Of a DNA stretch of 64,000 nucleotides, positions 24,031 to 35,383 are shown piece by piece. This stretch comes from Eledone cirrhosa. Lineage: Eukaryota. The stretch's first letter is position 1. Every line of letters starts with the position of its first letter. The position numbers were made by a program, and so were the translations under genes. Under the pieces are notes generated by a model. That model was not told where the DNA came from and ran no database searches. It was given only the letters and a program-made list of their open reading frames with translations. The stretch covers positions 246,202,001 through 246,266,000 of the forward strand of contig OZ024743.1 of the NCBI GenBank assembly GCA_964016885.1, written 5' to 3'.

Positions 24031-24392
24031 GTGAATTTCATATATCTAAAGACATACTGTATGTTTAATAAATAAACATTTTGAAAGCCAAGCTATGAAT
24101 ATTGAAAGGCTGACAGCCAACGCCATCTAGCGGATTCTAGCAGAAGCATCGAGGGACAACTGTCTATGTGCATTTCGAGCTGATGGCTCTCATCGGGATA
24201 GTTTTTCCCTGCTCTCTGCTGGAACTTGAAAATAGGCGAGAATATATAGTATTTTCGCCTGTGTAGGTGGGCAGATTAGACTCATTTGCATATGAAGCTT
24301 ATAAGTTGGCTCTACTTAATTAAAATTTAGCTTCAGCATAGCTATATACATATAAGTATGTGAATTTCGTATATCTAAAGACATACGGTATG

Positions 24393-24396
<4 letters not shown>
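24031..24396 (-). mobile_element. 329-bp partial tandem element with terminal direct repeats and a degenerate hammerhead
   Basis: 37-bp repeats at 24031-24067 and 24360-24396. Minus strand 24164-24201 reads CTATC-CCGATGA-GAGC CATCA GCTC-GAAA-TGCA-C-ATAG. Flanked by microsatellites. Confidence 0.65.
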
Positions 24397-24453
<57 letters not shown>

Positions 24454-25789
24454 TTTTTTTTTTTAGGTGACAAAATAAATTTAGGAACCATTGATCTGGA
24501 GGAAGAAAGGACTGACCTTCGTAAGCCGCTGAGTTTGTACGAGGATATTCCTTTTGAATAAGGCAGTATTCAGAAATCTTATATCATTTTATTTGTTACA
24601 TCATTGTTATTATGCACATTTTAATGGTATCAATTATGTAATTGATACGATTTCGTTAGGCAGTCATTGTGTAATCATTTAAAGGGCGATATGTTCAAGG
24701 CGAGTATTTTCGATGTTGTCACCAGCAATCAACAAGTACAATTGTGAAACAATTGCCGATTAACGAACGCGAATGGAACGAATATAATTCCATCCTATAG
24801 GTTAAAGAGGGCTCTTCGATGGAGTCAATGATTCATAACCTCTCTAGTGTTGGTGCTAGAATCCAACACTGTAAAGTGCGGAAATATATGGGGCATGGAT
24901 AAGGTACTGATTTGGTCAGTGATGGCCTGCTCGACCTTTGGTAGCAGGAAAGCGGGCATTAAATGATGATGATACATATATGAACTTCAAAGCTGTACCT
25001 TAATATAGAATTTATACAAAATTTTCCACACTGCTTTAATACTTTATTTATCAAAGATATATTGATGCAGCAAAATGAAAAATTAATCTTTTTCCTCCTT
25101 TTTTTCTATCAGGACTGAACATAATTGTAAACATTTTGTAGCAACATGACTGAGATCTGGAATACATTGTGTGTATGTGTGTGTATATGTTAAAGAATTA
25201 CAGACAGGATACAACAGACCAAATCCAAATAAATAAGGAAAATAGGTTTATTCAAAAATATAGACCAGCATGAAATATAGTTTAATATACATTAATATGT
25301 TAATACCATAACATGCTAACCATCCAAACAGACACATACATACACACACACACACATAACACTCTCTTCTATATTCGAAAATAAAAACCAGAGCTAAATA
25401 GACATACGTTAATATTCTAACACCTTAACATGTTAACCATACCCCCCCCCCCCACACACACACACACATATAACACTCATACACACACACATAACTCCCT
25501 TCTCCATTTCTACTAATGGAATCATTTTCCTACACATACACACACACACACACACACACCAGCACACAAATAAAAATATATATCTCTATTTTCTACCCTG
25601 TCGCCACCACCACCACTATCGATACAAACATTCAATCTATTTCAATAGGAAGTCTGAATTTTGACACCTCAACACATCAACCATACTCACTGAACCAGAA
25701 CAATTCTCCCCATCCCTTTTTTCTTGACCATTATCTTTTGTTTGCCACAAAACTCTCTATGACAAATCATGTGACTGAAAACGGCCACA

Positions 25790-26115
25790 AAGAACCCCGA
25801 AATACGAACTGGCGCGAAATTCAATGTACTTATTCACGTGACAGTCATAACCAATGAAATTACATTTATAAAAAAACATTTTTGAGTTACTTTATTAAGT
25901 GAAATTGACAATAAAGAACCCTCAAACGCGAACTGGCGCGAAAGTTGATGTGCTTATTCACGTGACTGCATCAACCAACCAAATTTCATTTATATATGAA
26001 AAAACAATTTGAGCCCCTTTTTTTAAAGGCAAATACAATAAGAATTTTGTAACGTGAACTGGCGTGAAATTTATTATAGTTATTCACGTGACAGTCATCA
26101 ACCAACCAAATTACT
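25790..26115 (+). promoter_or_regulatory. Three ~125-bp repeats, each with an E2F-like site, a CACGTG E-box and a CCAA(T) box
   Basis: TGGCGCGAAA at 25810 and 25934, TGGCGTGAAA at 26060. CACGTG at 25835, 25959 and 26085. CCAAT at 25851. Function is inferred only. Confidence 0.45.
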
Positions 26116-26335
26116 TTTCTAAAAAAACCTAGCATTTCGAGCCACCTTTTTCCACATAAACATTCGAACACCAACTAGATGCGAGAAAAACCGCAAACCC
26201 TCCATCTCAATTCTACTTTTGAAAAGCATAAGAACTGTGAAACCGGTAAAGGAAACAAATAAATATTCTTTAAAAGACTCAAGTTGCATTTTCGATTTCA
26301 TCTTTTTTCCTTTTATATATATATATATATATATA

Positions 26336-26546
26336 CAATGGCGGACTGGCCAGGTTGCCAGGTTGCCCAATGGCTAGTGGGCCCCAGGGAGCCCACGGTA
26401 GCATTGCAGGCCCCACTGTAGTATTTTAAGGGCCAATGCTTTGCTTTCAAAAAATACCTGAAATCTAAGAGAAAGAATAACATTTTTTAAAAATATATAT
26501 AAAACAATTAAGCAAAGCATTTGGTCAACCAATTCCCAGTACGCCA

Positions 26547-26549
<3 letters not shown>
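26336..26549. mobile_element. hAT-type MITE inserted in (TA)n
   Basis: TIRs CAATGGCGGACTGG ... CCAGTACGCCACTG. TATATATA on both sides is compatible with an 8-bp TSD. Confidence 0.75.
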
Positions 26550-26587
<38 letters not shown>

Positions 26588-26588
26588 G

Positions 26589-28014
26589 TTCGTTTCTGAA
26601 TTTGTTTAGCAAGATTCTTTATCTGAAAACGTGTGTTGAAACCGATATTGTTATGCTTTGGGAGGGTTATGTTGCCAATAAGAATCATACGCACCAGTTG
26701 CTTTCACTCCAATTTATTAAGGACAATTAACGACAAAATGAAAACACACACACACATAGAACAAACAAGCAACCAGTAACATGTAAATAAACAAATAAAC
26801 AAACAAATAAAGACACACACAGACACCCGGATGTAACACAGGCGCAAACTAAGCACACAACACACACAAAAACAAGATGGCGTAGGACAGAACAAAGGAG
26901 AGGCAAAAAACAAAGAAAAGAATCCCCAGTCACTGAAGAGGTCACAGAATGTGTGACGAAAGAACTTTGACAATATATGAACAACCATCCGGTTATGGAA
27001 CCAACCAACCAACCGGAAATTTAATTTATAATAAATTGGAGTGAAAGCAACTGGTGCGTGTGTTTCTTATTGGTAACATGACCCTCCCAAAGCATAACAA
27101 TATCGGTTTCAACACACGTTTTCAGATAAAGAATATTTCTAAACAAATTCAGAAACGAAATATCGTAAGCCTTAGCCAGGTTAACATGATACTGAAAACC
27201 ACCATATTCTGTTGTCTACGAAAAACAATAACATCTCGACAACTTCACTTCATAAAAGAATGTGCCTCGTCCCGAGTTTACACCAACACCATCAACACCG
27301 ATGTAAGAAGATTTCAACTTACCAAAAAGCAAGCAGATAGGCTAAAACGAACACTAATTCTAAACATAAAAAAGAAGATTTACAGAGAATTAAGTCATCA
27401 AGAAAAACATAAGCGTAACCTAATACAAGAAATAACTAAGATCACCACACCAAGAGAAAAATTAATATTTATAAACCTTATATGTCTTGAAGAAAAGTAC
27501 ATTGTTCAAGAATGTGACAAGCACTTTAACAAGAAATTAAGGTGGCTCAAACAGATGAAACTAGACCAAGAACCTTTAGAGAATAGCGATAGATATCCTG
27601 ACAAGATTGACGGTATAAACATGGCCGACATCTCATTAACAGATGAATTCAACAACAACAACACAAATATATACGGCAACACTACAGTCGACTCTGAAGA
27701 ATTATCGATATTACAGCTACCACCTAAATATGCCACATATAATAAGGTAAATATGATAAAATGCTTGTCAGAAATAGAAAAATCATTTACAAAATTACGT
27801 TGGAGCCTCAAAAACAGAAACAAAATTAACAACATACGCACACACACACACATACAACACACATCCCAAGAACAACAGACACACAGACACAAACAACGAT
27901 AACAACAACAACACACACACATCAACAATAATAACATACTCAGAGACAACAACAGACACACAGACACAAACAACAATAACAACAACACACACAACAATAA
28001 TAACATACACGGAG

Positions 28015-28059
<45 letters not shown>

Positions 28060-29045
28060 CACGTCAACAACAGCACACATCAACAACAACAACAACACAC
28101 ACACGCATTCTATGCCTCTCACCACCCCCACAATCTTAACAAACACACAGACACAGAACACAGGTAATGACAGTAACACAGAAGTAAGGGAAGGTAATGG
28201 GATTGAAAGAAGAAGGGAGACTATCGATACTGACAGAGAAAATAACCAGGACGAACACACAGACACACAAAATAGAGTAGATAATAACAATGAGCCAGAG
28301 GAAAGAAACAGGAGTAATAATGAGAGACATAGAAACAACCATGAGGCTGTTGGTGGAAATAGAAATAGAAACAACACAACTAACAATAGCAATAGTACAC
28401 ATAAAGCAGCAGCCTGGAATTCTACGTTTTATAATCCTTCCGATATGTCCTTCGACCTACGACGAGTCCACGCCACGACCTTAGCTTTTAACAAACGCAC
28501 GCAATTGCCGTTGCAGGCCGATGAACAAACAGAAGCACAATTTAGTATAGCTAGATCTAAACTTAGAAATATTATAGAACAGTATAGCAAGAAGCAAAAT
28601 AGAATGGAAGCCCAGCAACTGGGAGAAACATCTGCAAATGGCTTGCGTAAGCTCATGCAGCGCTCGCGTAATGGAGAGATTGCATGCTTTCCAACAGACA
28701 AGTCTGGCAGAATGTCGATTGACAGTCTGTCAAACTACATCCAGGCAATGCAACCCCACATCACTAACACAAGAGAAGTAACACCACAAGAGCATGAGGA
28801 TAGGGAGAAAACCCTCAATGTCCATATGATGATGTGGACAAACAATGCAGCCCAATAAAAGGACTGCCAACAACTTCCAGGCCTGGAACAATGACGTGCC
28901 AGCGTTGTATGGGCTTCGAAAAGACCATAAAACGAGCAGTGACTCTGTCACAGGACCACCAACACGGCCAGTCTGTGGAGCTAACATTGTTAGTAACTAC
29001 AGACTTTCCTACTTCCTCTCCCTGATCATACGCCCCATCATTGAA
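26589..29045 (+). mobile_element. Penelope-like element (PLE), 3'-truncated: inverted repeat, hammerhead and N-terminal part of the RT ORF
   Basis: Inverted repeat 26589-26719 / 27029-27159. ORF pieces 27054-27902, 28112-28858 and 28845-29045 contain ILQLPPKY, FPTDKSGR (DKG-like motif) and PALYGLRKDHK..PTRPVCG..YRLSYFLSLIIRP (PLE RT motif 1-2). Confidence 0.8.
26929..26971 (+). ncRNA. Minimal type I hammerhead in the PLE 5' region
   Basis: Stem I GTCA/TGAC, CTGAAGA 26933-26939, stem II GTCACA-GAATG-TGTGAC, GAAA 26958-26961, very short stem III, triplet CTT. Confidence 0.65.
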
Positions 29046-29170
29046 ATGAGAGAAAGAGAGAGTGGGAGGGAAGAAATGAGGTGCAACAGAAATGAAACAA
29101 GGATTACAGCTTAAAATATAGTCTAGATAGACGAGAAACAAAACGAGGATGTAGTTTATGGAACACCCAA

Positions 29171-29621
29171 ATGATTTAGAAGTCGACCCTAAGTAGGAAC
29201 AATAACATTAAAAATGTTATGAACGACACCACATTATTTTGTTTTGAAAATTTTGAAAGTAGGTTTATAAGAATGAATTTTCATAAGATTTTCGTATCTG
29301 TCTCAGTGGACTAGCGGTAAGGAGTAGAGACGGTGGAGATCCTGGTCTGGGTTTCAATCCTGGCCGAGAGAAAAATGTAATCTTTTTTCAGTTTTTATGT
29401 TACATCCCATAGAAAAAAAAAAACTCATGACCAGGATCGAACTTCAGACCAGGATTATCACCGTCTATGATTCTTCCAGCTAGGCCACCGAGACAGCTGC
29501 AGAAGGATTATGAAAATTAATAATTATAAACCTACTTTCAAAATCAAAGTTAAGAAGTGATGGTGTCGTTCATGGCTTTCCTAGTGCTATTAGCCATATT
29601 TAGGGTCGACTTGTCAATCAT
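29171..29621. mobile_element. Imperfect fold-back element with two convergent tRNA-like units
   Basis: Arms ~29171-29368 and 29424-29621 are reverse-complementary (e.g. AAGTCGACCCTAA, ATGAACGACACCA, TTTTGAAAGTAGGTTTATAA). The inner ~70 bp of each arm has A and B boxes. Confidence 0.7.
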
Positions 29622-29799
29622 CTGCTTCTTTGGTTACCACCTTATTATTCCTATGTATGTTTAACTGTCGAATTAATTTAATTTGATTATTTTAACAAAT
29701 AATATATATATAAAGGAACGATCGACTTTCGTCAAATCGGACCGAGGGAACAATGTTTTCGTCGGTCTTTCCAGTTGCTAATACTATCTATCGGTCGCA

Positions 29800-29932
29800 A
29801 CTCCAGGTAGAAGGAGCAACGTGAAATAAAGTGTCTTGCTCAAGGGCATAACGCATCGCCTGGTCCAGGTATCGAACTCTCAACCTTACGATTGCGAATC
29901 CAATTCCCAAACCACTCAGCCACACGCCTTCA
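29800..29932 (-). mobile_element. SINE family A head fragment
   Basis: ggagcaacgtgaaataaagtgtcttgctcaaggg...atcgaactc...aaccactcagccacacgcct. Confidence 0.75.
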
Positions 29933-30030
29933 CTGAAATAACAACCCAACCAGGAACTTGGCATATCAGAGTATTGACAATATTATACACCTCAACAGCA
30001 TATGTACTTGTCTATACCACACTAATTCGG

Positions 30031-30085
30031 ACTGCCTGAAGAGGTCACAGCCAAAGATGGCTGTCACTGAAATATATATAGCAGT
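30031..30085 (+). ncRNA. Minimal type I hammerhead followed by AATAAA
   Basis: Stem I ACTGC/GCAGT, CTGAAGA 30036-30042, stem II ACAGCCA-AAGA-TGGCTGT, GAAA 30069-30072, palindromic ATATATAT stem III, triplet ATA, AATAAA 30086-30091. Confidence 0.8.
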
Positions 30086-30154
30086 AATAAACGAAGCTAA
30101 ATTTTAAACATTTGACTTTTTATTTAACTTTATTTTTTATATATATATATATAT

Positions 30155-31178
30155 ATAAATGGAATAGAATGAAACGAAATTTCATTTCTCACTCTTAGTA
30201 CGGCACTTACTTAAATGTAAGTATGTATGTATACGTACATACATATATGTATACAGACGTACAGTAGCATGTATATATATATACATACAGGCACACATAT
30301 ATATATGCACGTATCAGTTGCATTTATCGTTTATCTATTCCGTTTATCTATTCCATTTATCGTTTTCGGTGCGCCTGGCCGACTGAACTCACTCGATATA
30401 CAAATTAGGCTGCTCAGCCGTTAATTTTCATAAGGAATGTATATACTTTCAGACGTTCAACCATCTGGCAGAAAGGTATACGGTGCTGGCGATAGCTAAT
30501 AAGCTTGAAACTAGTACATCGTTCCTGTGTCAGTGTTGAACAAAAAGGTGACGTGGTTGCCTAAACACTGTACGGCGTAATTCAGGCTGTTTGTTTGTTT
30601 ACAAACGAACAAACCGAGCATTATAATAAATGTTCGGTTAAACTGATACGTGCATATATATATGTGTGTCTGTATGTATATATATACATGCTACTGTACG
30701 TCTGTATACATATATGTATGTACGTATACATACATACTTACATTTAAGTAAGTGCCGTACTAAGAGTGAGAAATGAAATTTCGTTTCATTCTATTCCATT
30801 TATCGTTTTCGGTGCGCCTGGCCGACTGAACTCACTCGATATACAAATTAGGCTGCTCAGCCGTTAATTTTCATAAGGAAAGTATATACTTTCGGACGTT
30901 CAACCATCTGGCAGAAAGGTATACGGTGCTGACGATAGCTAATAAGCTTGAAACTAGTACATCGCTCCTGTGTCAGTGTTGAACAAAAAGGTGACGTGGT
31001 TGCCTAAACACTGTACGGCGTAATTCAGGCTGTTTGTTTGTTTACAAACGAACAAACCGAGCATTATAATAAATGTTCGGTAAACTGATACGTGCATATA
31101 TATATGTGTGCCTGTATGTATATATATACATGCTACTGTACGTCTGTATACATATATGTATGTACGTATACATACATA

Positions 31179-31180
<2 letters not shown>
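30155..31180 (+). mobile_element. 443-bp tandem hammerhead-bearing element (retrozyme/PLE pseudo-LTR-like) with inverted 5' segment
   Basis: Unit 30347-30789 is repeated partially at 30790-31180. 30155-30319 is the reverse complement of 30641-30803. One hammerhead per unit. Flanked by (TA)n. Confidence 0.85.
30924..30964 (+). ncRNA. Minimal type I hammerhead (core-mutated twin at 30481-30521)
   Basis: CGGTG-CTGACGA-T AGCT AATA AGCT T-GAAA-CTAG-TA-CATCG, palindromic stem III ACTAGT, triplet GTA. The first copy has CTGGCGA. Confidence 0.8.
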
Positions 31181-31261
<81 letters not shown>

Positions 31262-31474
31262 AGTGAGTGAGAAAGACCAAAGGTCATTATTGAAAGTCTC
31301 TGGATTTCGCAAAATACATAATATTTTTATTGGAGAAGGTAAGATATTTTTTCGCAAAAATCTGATTACACTGTTTTGTTTCCATTTATGTATTTTTTTT
31401 AAATGTTATTTATTCATTATAAATATTAAATGATAGCATTCTGGCAACCAATATTTTTAGACCCAGTCCGCCTC

Positions 31475-31527
<53 letters not shown>

Positions 31528-31800
31528 AAATGTGTGAGATCCTTGGTACAGTTAGGTATATTTGAAAATAAAGGAAAAGAGTGACTTCACTTGTAGTTCT
31601 AAATAATTTTATTTAATTTTATATTATAATGTTATGAGTTGGTAGATCTAGTAAGTTCTTTGTTAAGGAATCTTTGGGAAGAATTTTAAAGATTCCTGGT
31701 TAACTTTCTTGGAGAACTTTCTCGCATTCATCGGTAGCGATTATCAAACTGAGATCAGATTGCGTTGTGATGTGTGACTATATATGAGAGAGATTTGGAT

Positions 31801-31942
<142 letters not shown>

Positions 31943-32047
31943 TTTTTATCCCCTTTCCATAAAAACTTGTTACATGGGATTTTAAAAATTTCGAAGTTGC
32001 TGCTACATCACCACCACAGCTACTCATTTTTCTCCCGCCCCTCTCTC

Positions 32048-32084
<37 letters not shown>

Positions 32085-32085
<1 letters not shown>

Positions 32086-32830
32086 TATTTTATCGACCCC
32101 AAAAGGTTCATCTCGATGGGATTTGGACTGTGAGCGCAAAGAGCTGGATAAAATTCCGCCATGTGTTTTGTTGAACGTTCTAATGATTCTGCTTATTCAA
32201 CGTCCAAAAAATATCCATCCACTTAATACACCACTTAATATCCATCCACTTAATATAGCAAGAGACACAAACTATGTGGATGCCTGTCAATCTAGAAAGT
32301 TAGACGTGTGTGCATAAAATAATTGTTTCTACTTTTGGCACAAGGCCAGCAATTATCCCAGTGTATTACTGCATAAGGATGAAAGGTAAACATCCGCGGG
32401 ATTTGAACTCAGACTGTAAAGGGGCGTAACTCTATTCTAGAAAGCATGGTGTCCGACCCTCTACCGATACTGCCAATAACAGACTTAGCGTATATTGTTG
32501 AACTCCCAACAAATGTTTCCCGACACCATCTGTTACCTGTTGCAATTGTTAATAACAATGGTTTTTTGGGGGGTGGGTGGGGGGTTTCTAAATTTGAAGA
32601 TTGATACACGGCCAGCAACTTTGAGGGGAGAAGTCGATTAGATCGACCCCAATACTTGACTGATACTTTATTTTATCGACTTCGGAAGGATGAATGATTT
32701 CTAATATAGGCACAAGAGCAGCAATTTTGGAGGATGGGATAAGTCGACTACATTGACCTCAGCACTTGACTAATACATTTTTTATCGATACTAGAAACAT
32801 GAACGCTAAAGTTATTCTTCGCGGGATTTG
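32085..32830 (-). mobile_element. Cluster of family B SINE fragments
   Basis: Repeated tttattttatcgacccc, ggcacaaggccagcaatt and gcgggatttgaactcag motifs. Confidence 0.7.
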
Positions 32831-33503
32831 ATTTCATTTTATACATTTTAATTTGTTTATACAAATATCAGGTTAGGGCCTGAAAGTTCACTCGAGCATT
32901 TTTGGGACCCTTGATTTAACAGAAAGTTTGAGCATTTGGGTCTCTGATTTCGTGAAAGACCCCAGACAAGTAATGGTGACCAATGGCGTCCTATACAATT
33001 TGTAATCAGTGGAGTACAATAAGGTGCTGTTCTGGATCTATTTTAGTCTCCTATGAATGACATCAGTGAGACTATTGATAATGTAGTCCTAGATAACCAT
33101 AAATAGGTAAGGTACTCAGCCACTTGCACGTTAATTTGACGAACAGGCTGTTCATAACCGCCGAAGCTCCAACAATACAATAAAAAAACAACAGCAATAC
33201 TAATATGTTAAAATTAATGAAGCCATCTGTGGCTCGTGTGAGCGTTTGTCTATGTATATTAGACTGCCATTTTGTCCTATATGCGTCATAGAATATTGAT
33301 TTATGATAAACGTTGTAATTAAACGAATGTAAAATAGAACAACTATATTCTACATAGTATATTATTATTATTGTTGCTGTTGTTGCTATTTTTACTATTG
33401 TTGTTGTTGTTGCTACTGCTGTTAAATAGAAATCGATTCTTCATTATTTACAAATTCATATTAATACATTTTAAATCCAATTTGTTTATGGATTGGTCAA
33501 GGA

Positions 33504-33746
33504 CAGTTTTTCCCACAGTGGATCCGTGAAAAAATGTTAAGGGTTCCCTGAGATAAGGTGATTTTAATAAAATTTGATGAAAATATATATGCTTTGTTTA
33601 TATAAATAAATTATCTCTCCATACAATTTTTGTTTCGTTTAATGTCATATTAAAATTAAGGTGTCAGTAAATTATAGTTATGGTTTCTGTGATTTTTGGA
33701 GAATCGTATAAGGACTCTGTGAAACAATAAGTTTGGGAGCCACTGA
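33504..33746. mobile_element. Degenerate hAT/Charlie-like MITE
   Basis: Ends CAGTTTTTCCCAC ... TTTGGGAGCCACTG resemble CAGTGGTTCCCAA-type TIRs. Confidence 0.45.
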
Positions 33747-34100
33747 TCTAGAGGAAAGGACTGCGTCCATGACTTCGCAGTCTCTTCAAGGCCGCTGAGT
33801 TAGTGCGAGATTGTTCCTTTTGAATAACTGTCAGGGAAAAGACATAGGCAGGGATACAATTCCAAGGAGATGTCATTCTGTTGAAGAAGGATTGGTAAAG
33901 CCCTTAATACGCAGCCTAAAAGAGAGTTTTGACAATTAGAAAATGGATTAGTCGCCTGTTTGATAATGTAAAGCTGAAGTAAAACTCAACTAGTGCATGT
34001 GTTTTTATAGCAGTATGAGCCTCCGAGAAAGAGTGGTGGCGTGATTGGATGTCATCAGTTTAAACGTCGAAACGACATGAGCTCAGTGGTTGAGCACTAA

Positions 34101-34201
<101 letters not shown>

Positions 34202-34838
34202 ATATATAGTATATATTGTACATTTCATATAGAAATGACTCAGTAATCATTGTATAACTATAGTGTTAAAGGCTCGGTGGAGGATGTAAATAATTAAGAA
34301 TGGTTACTAATGTATTGAGTACCTTATTTAACTGTGGTTCCTTCCCGATGCCCCTCGGAAAACCATTCTGAATTATATCTATATACTTATAAAAAAAAAT
34401 TTGTTTGTATGCTGACCGTTAATGACACTAAATAAAATTGATAATAATTTAGGTTTTTCGTGTGTTTTCTACTAATCTAACCTCCATTAAGCTAACTGTC
34501 AACTTATTTTCCGAAAATGGAATGAGGGGGGGGGGGAGAATTTACTGCTATTTCTAGCACACATATTGTTTCTTCACCCGCCATGCTATCAATATAGAGA
34601 AAGGGAAACACTACACCTCTCACTGAAACCACCTCGTCCTCTCTCTAAGTAAAACTTTTCAACTTTTTTTTCGTTTGTCGGCCAGACCAATGTGTTACCA
34701 TTCCAAAGATATGGTTTCGTGACCCATGTATGTCAACACTCATTCTTTTTTCCATTCAGAGGTTTGTTTTTTTTTAAATCACAACTAGCAGACTAATTTT
34801 ATTTAGTAAAATACGTCGTAAGCACAAGTTACTACCTA

Positions 34839-34876
<38 letters not shown>

Positions 34877-34879
34877 TAA

Positions 34880-35073
34880 CAAAGAAAGTGTGGTGAGGAA
34901 CCAGGTGGACCATAGCGCACCAGAGTACTCGATACTTAGGGTAGTAGAGTGGGTAATATCAATAGAGTCAGAACCCCGACGACTGAGTTGCGGCCGTTTC
35001 GACAGCTAGATCCGAATTGTTCGGATCTAGCTGTCGAAACGACCGGAGCTCGGCCGTCGGGGTCCTGACTATT
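34880..35073. mobile_element. Fold-back half-hammerhead element (copy 2)
   Basis: Shares GGACCATA.CGCACCAGAGTACTC.ATACTTAGGGTAGTAGAGTGGGTAATA with 7558-7750. Hairpin centred ~35018, GAAA 35036-35039, GTC 35056-35058. Confidence 0.8.
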
Positions 35074-35130
<57 letters not shown>

Positions 35131-35267
35131 CAGAAGATAGGTTGCTTATACGTAGTTGTTACGTTGTAACTTCTAGAGGATAATCCGGTCCGAGTGATCC
35201 AAAGCACTTCACGTCAGTAGTTTATACCAGGTAGGAGTTGGTGACTAAGAGTGACGGAGTATTCATT

Positions 35268-35383
<116 letters not shown>

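Noticed and set aside
24480-24562. Similarity to 33730-33826 as a conserved functional element
   Set aside because: Short, diverged and adjacent to a hAT-like TIR; more likely an old repeat fragment.
34378-34840. Additional Helitron (A|TCTATATACTTATAAAA ... GCACAAGTTACTACCTAAT)
   Set aside because: The 3' hairpin and CTAG are too decayed to support a call.
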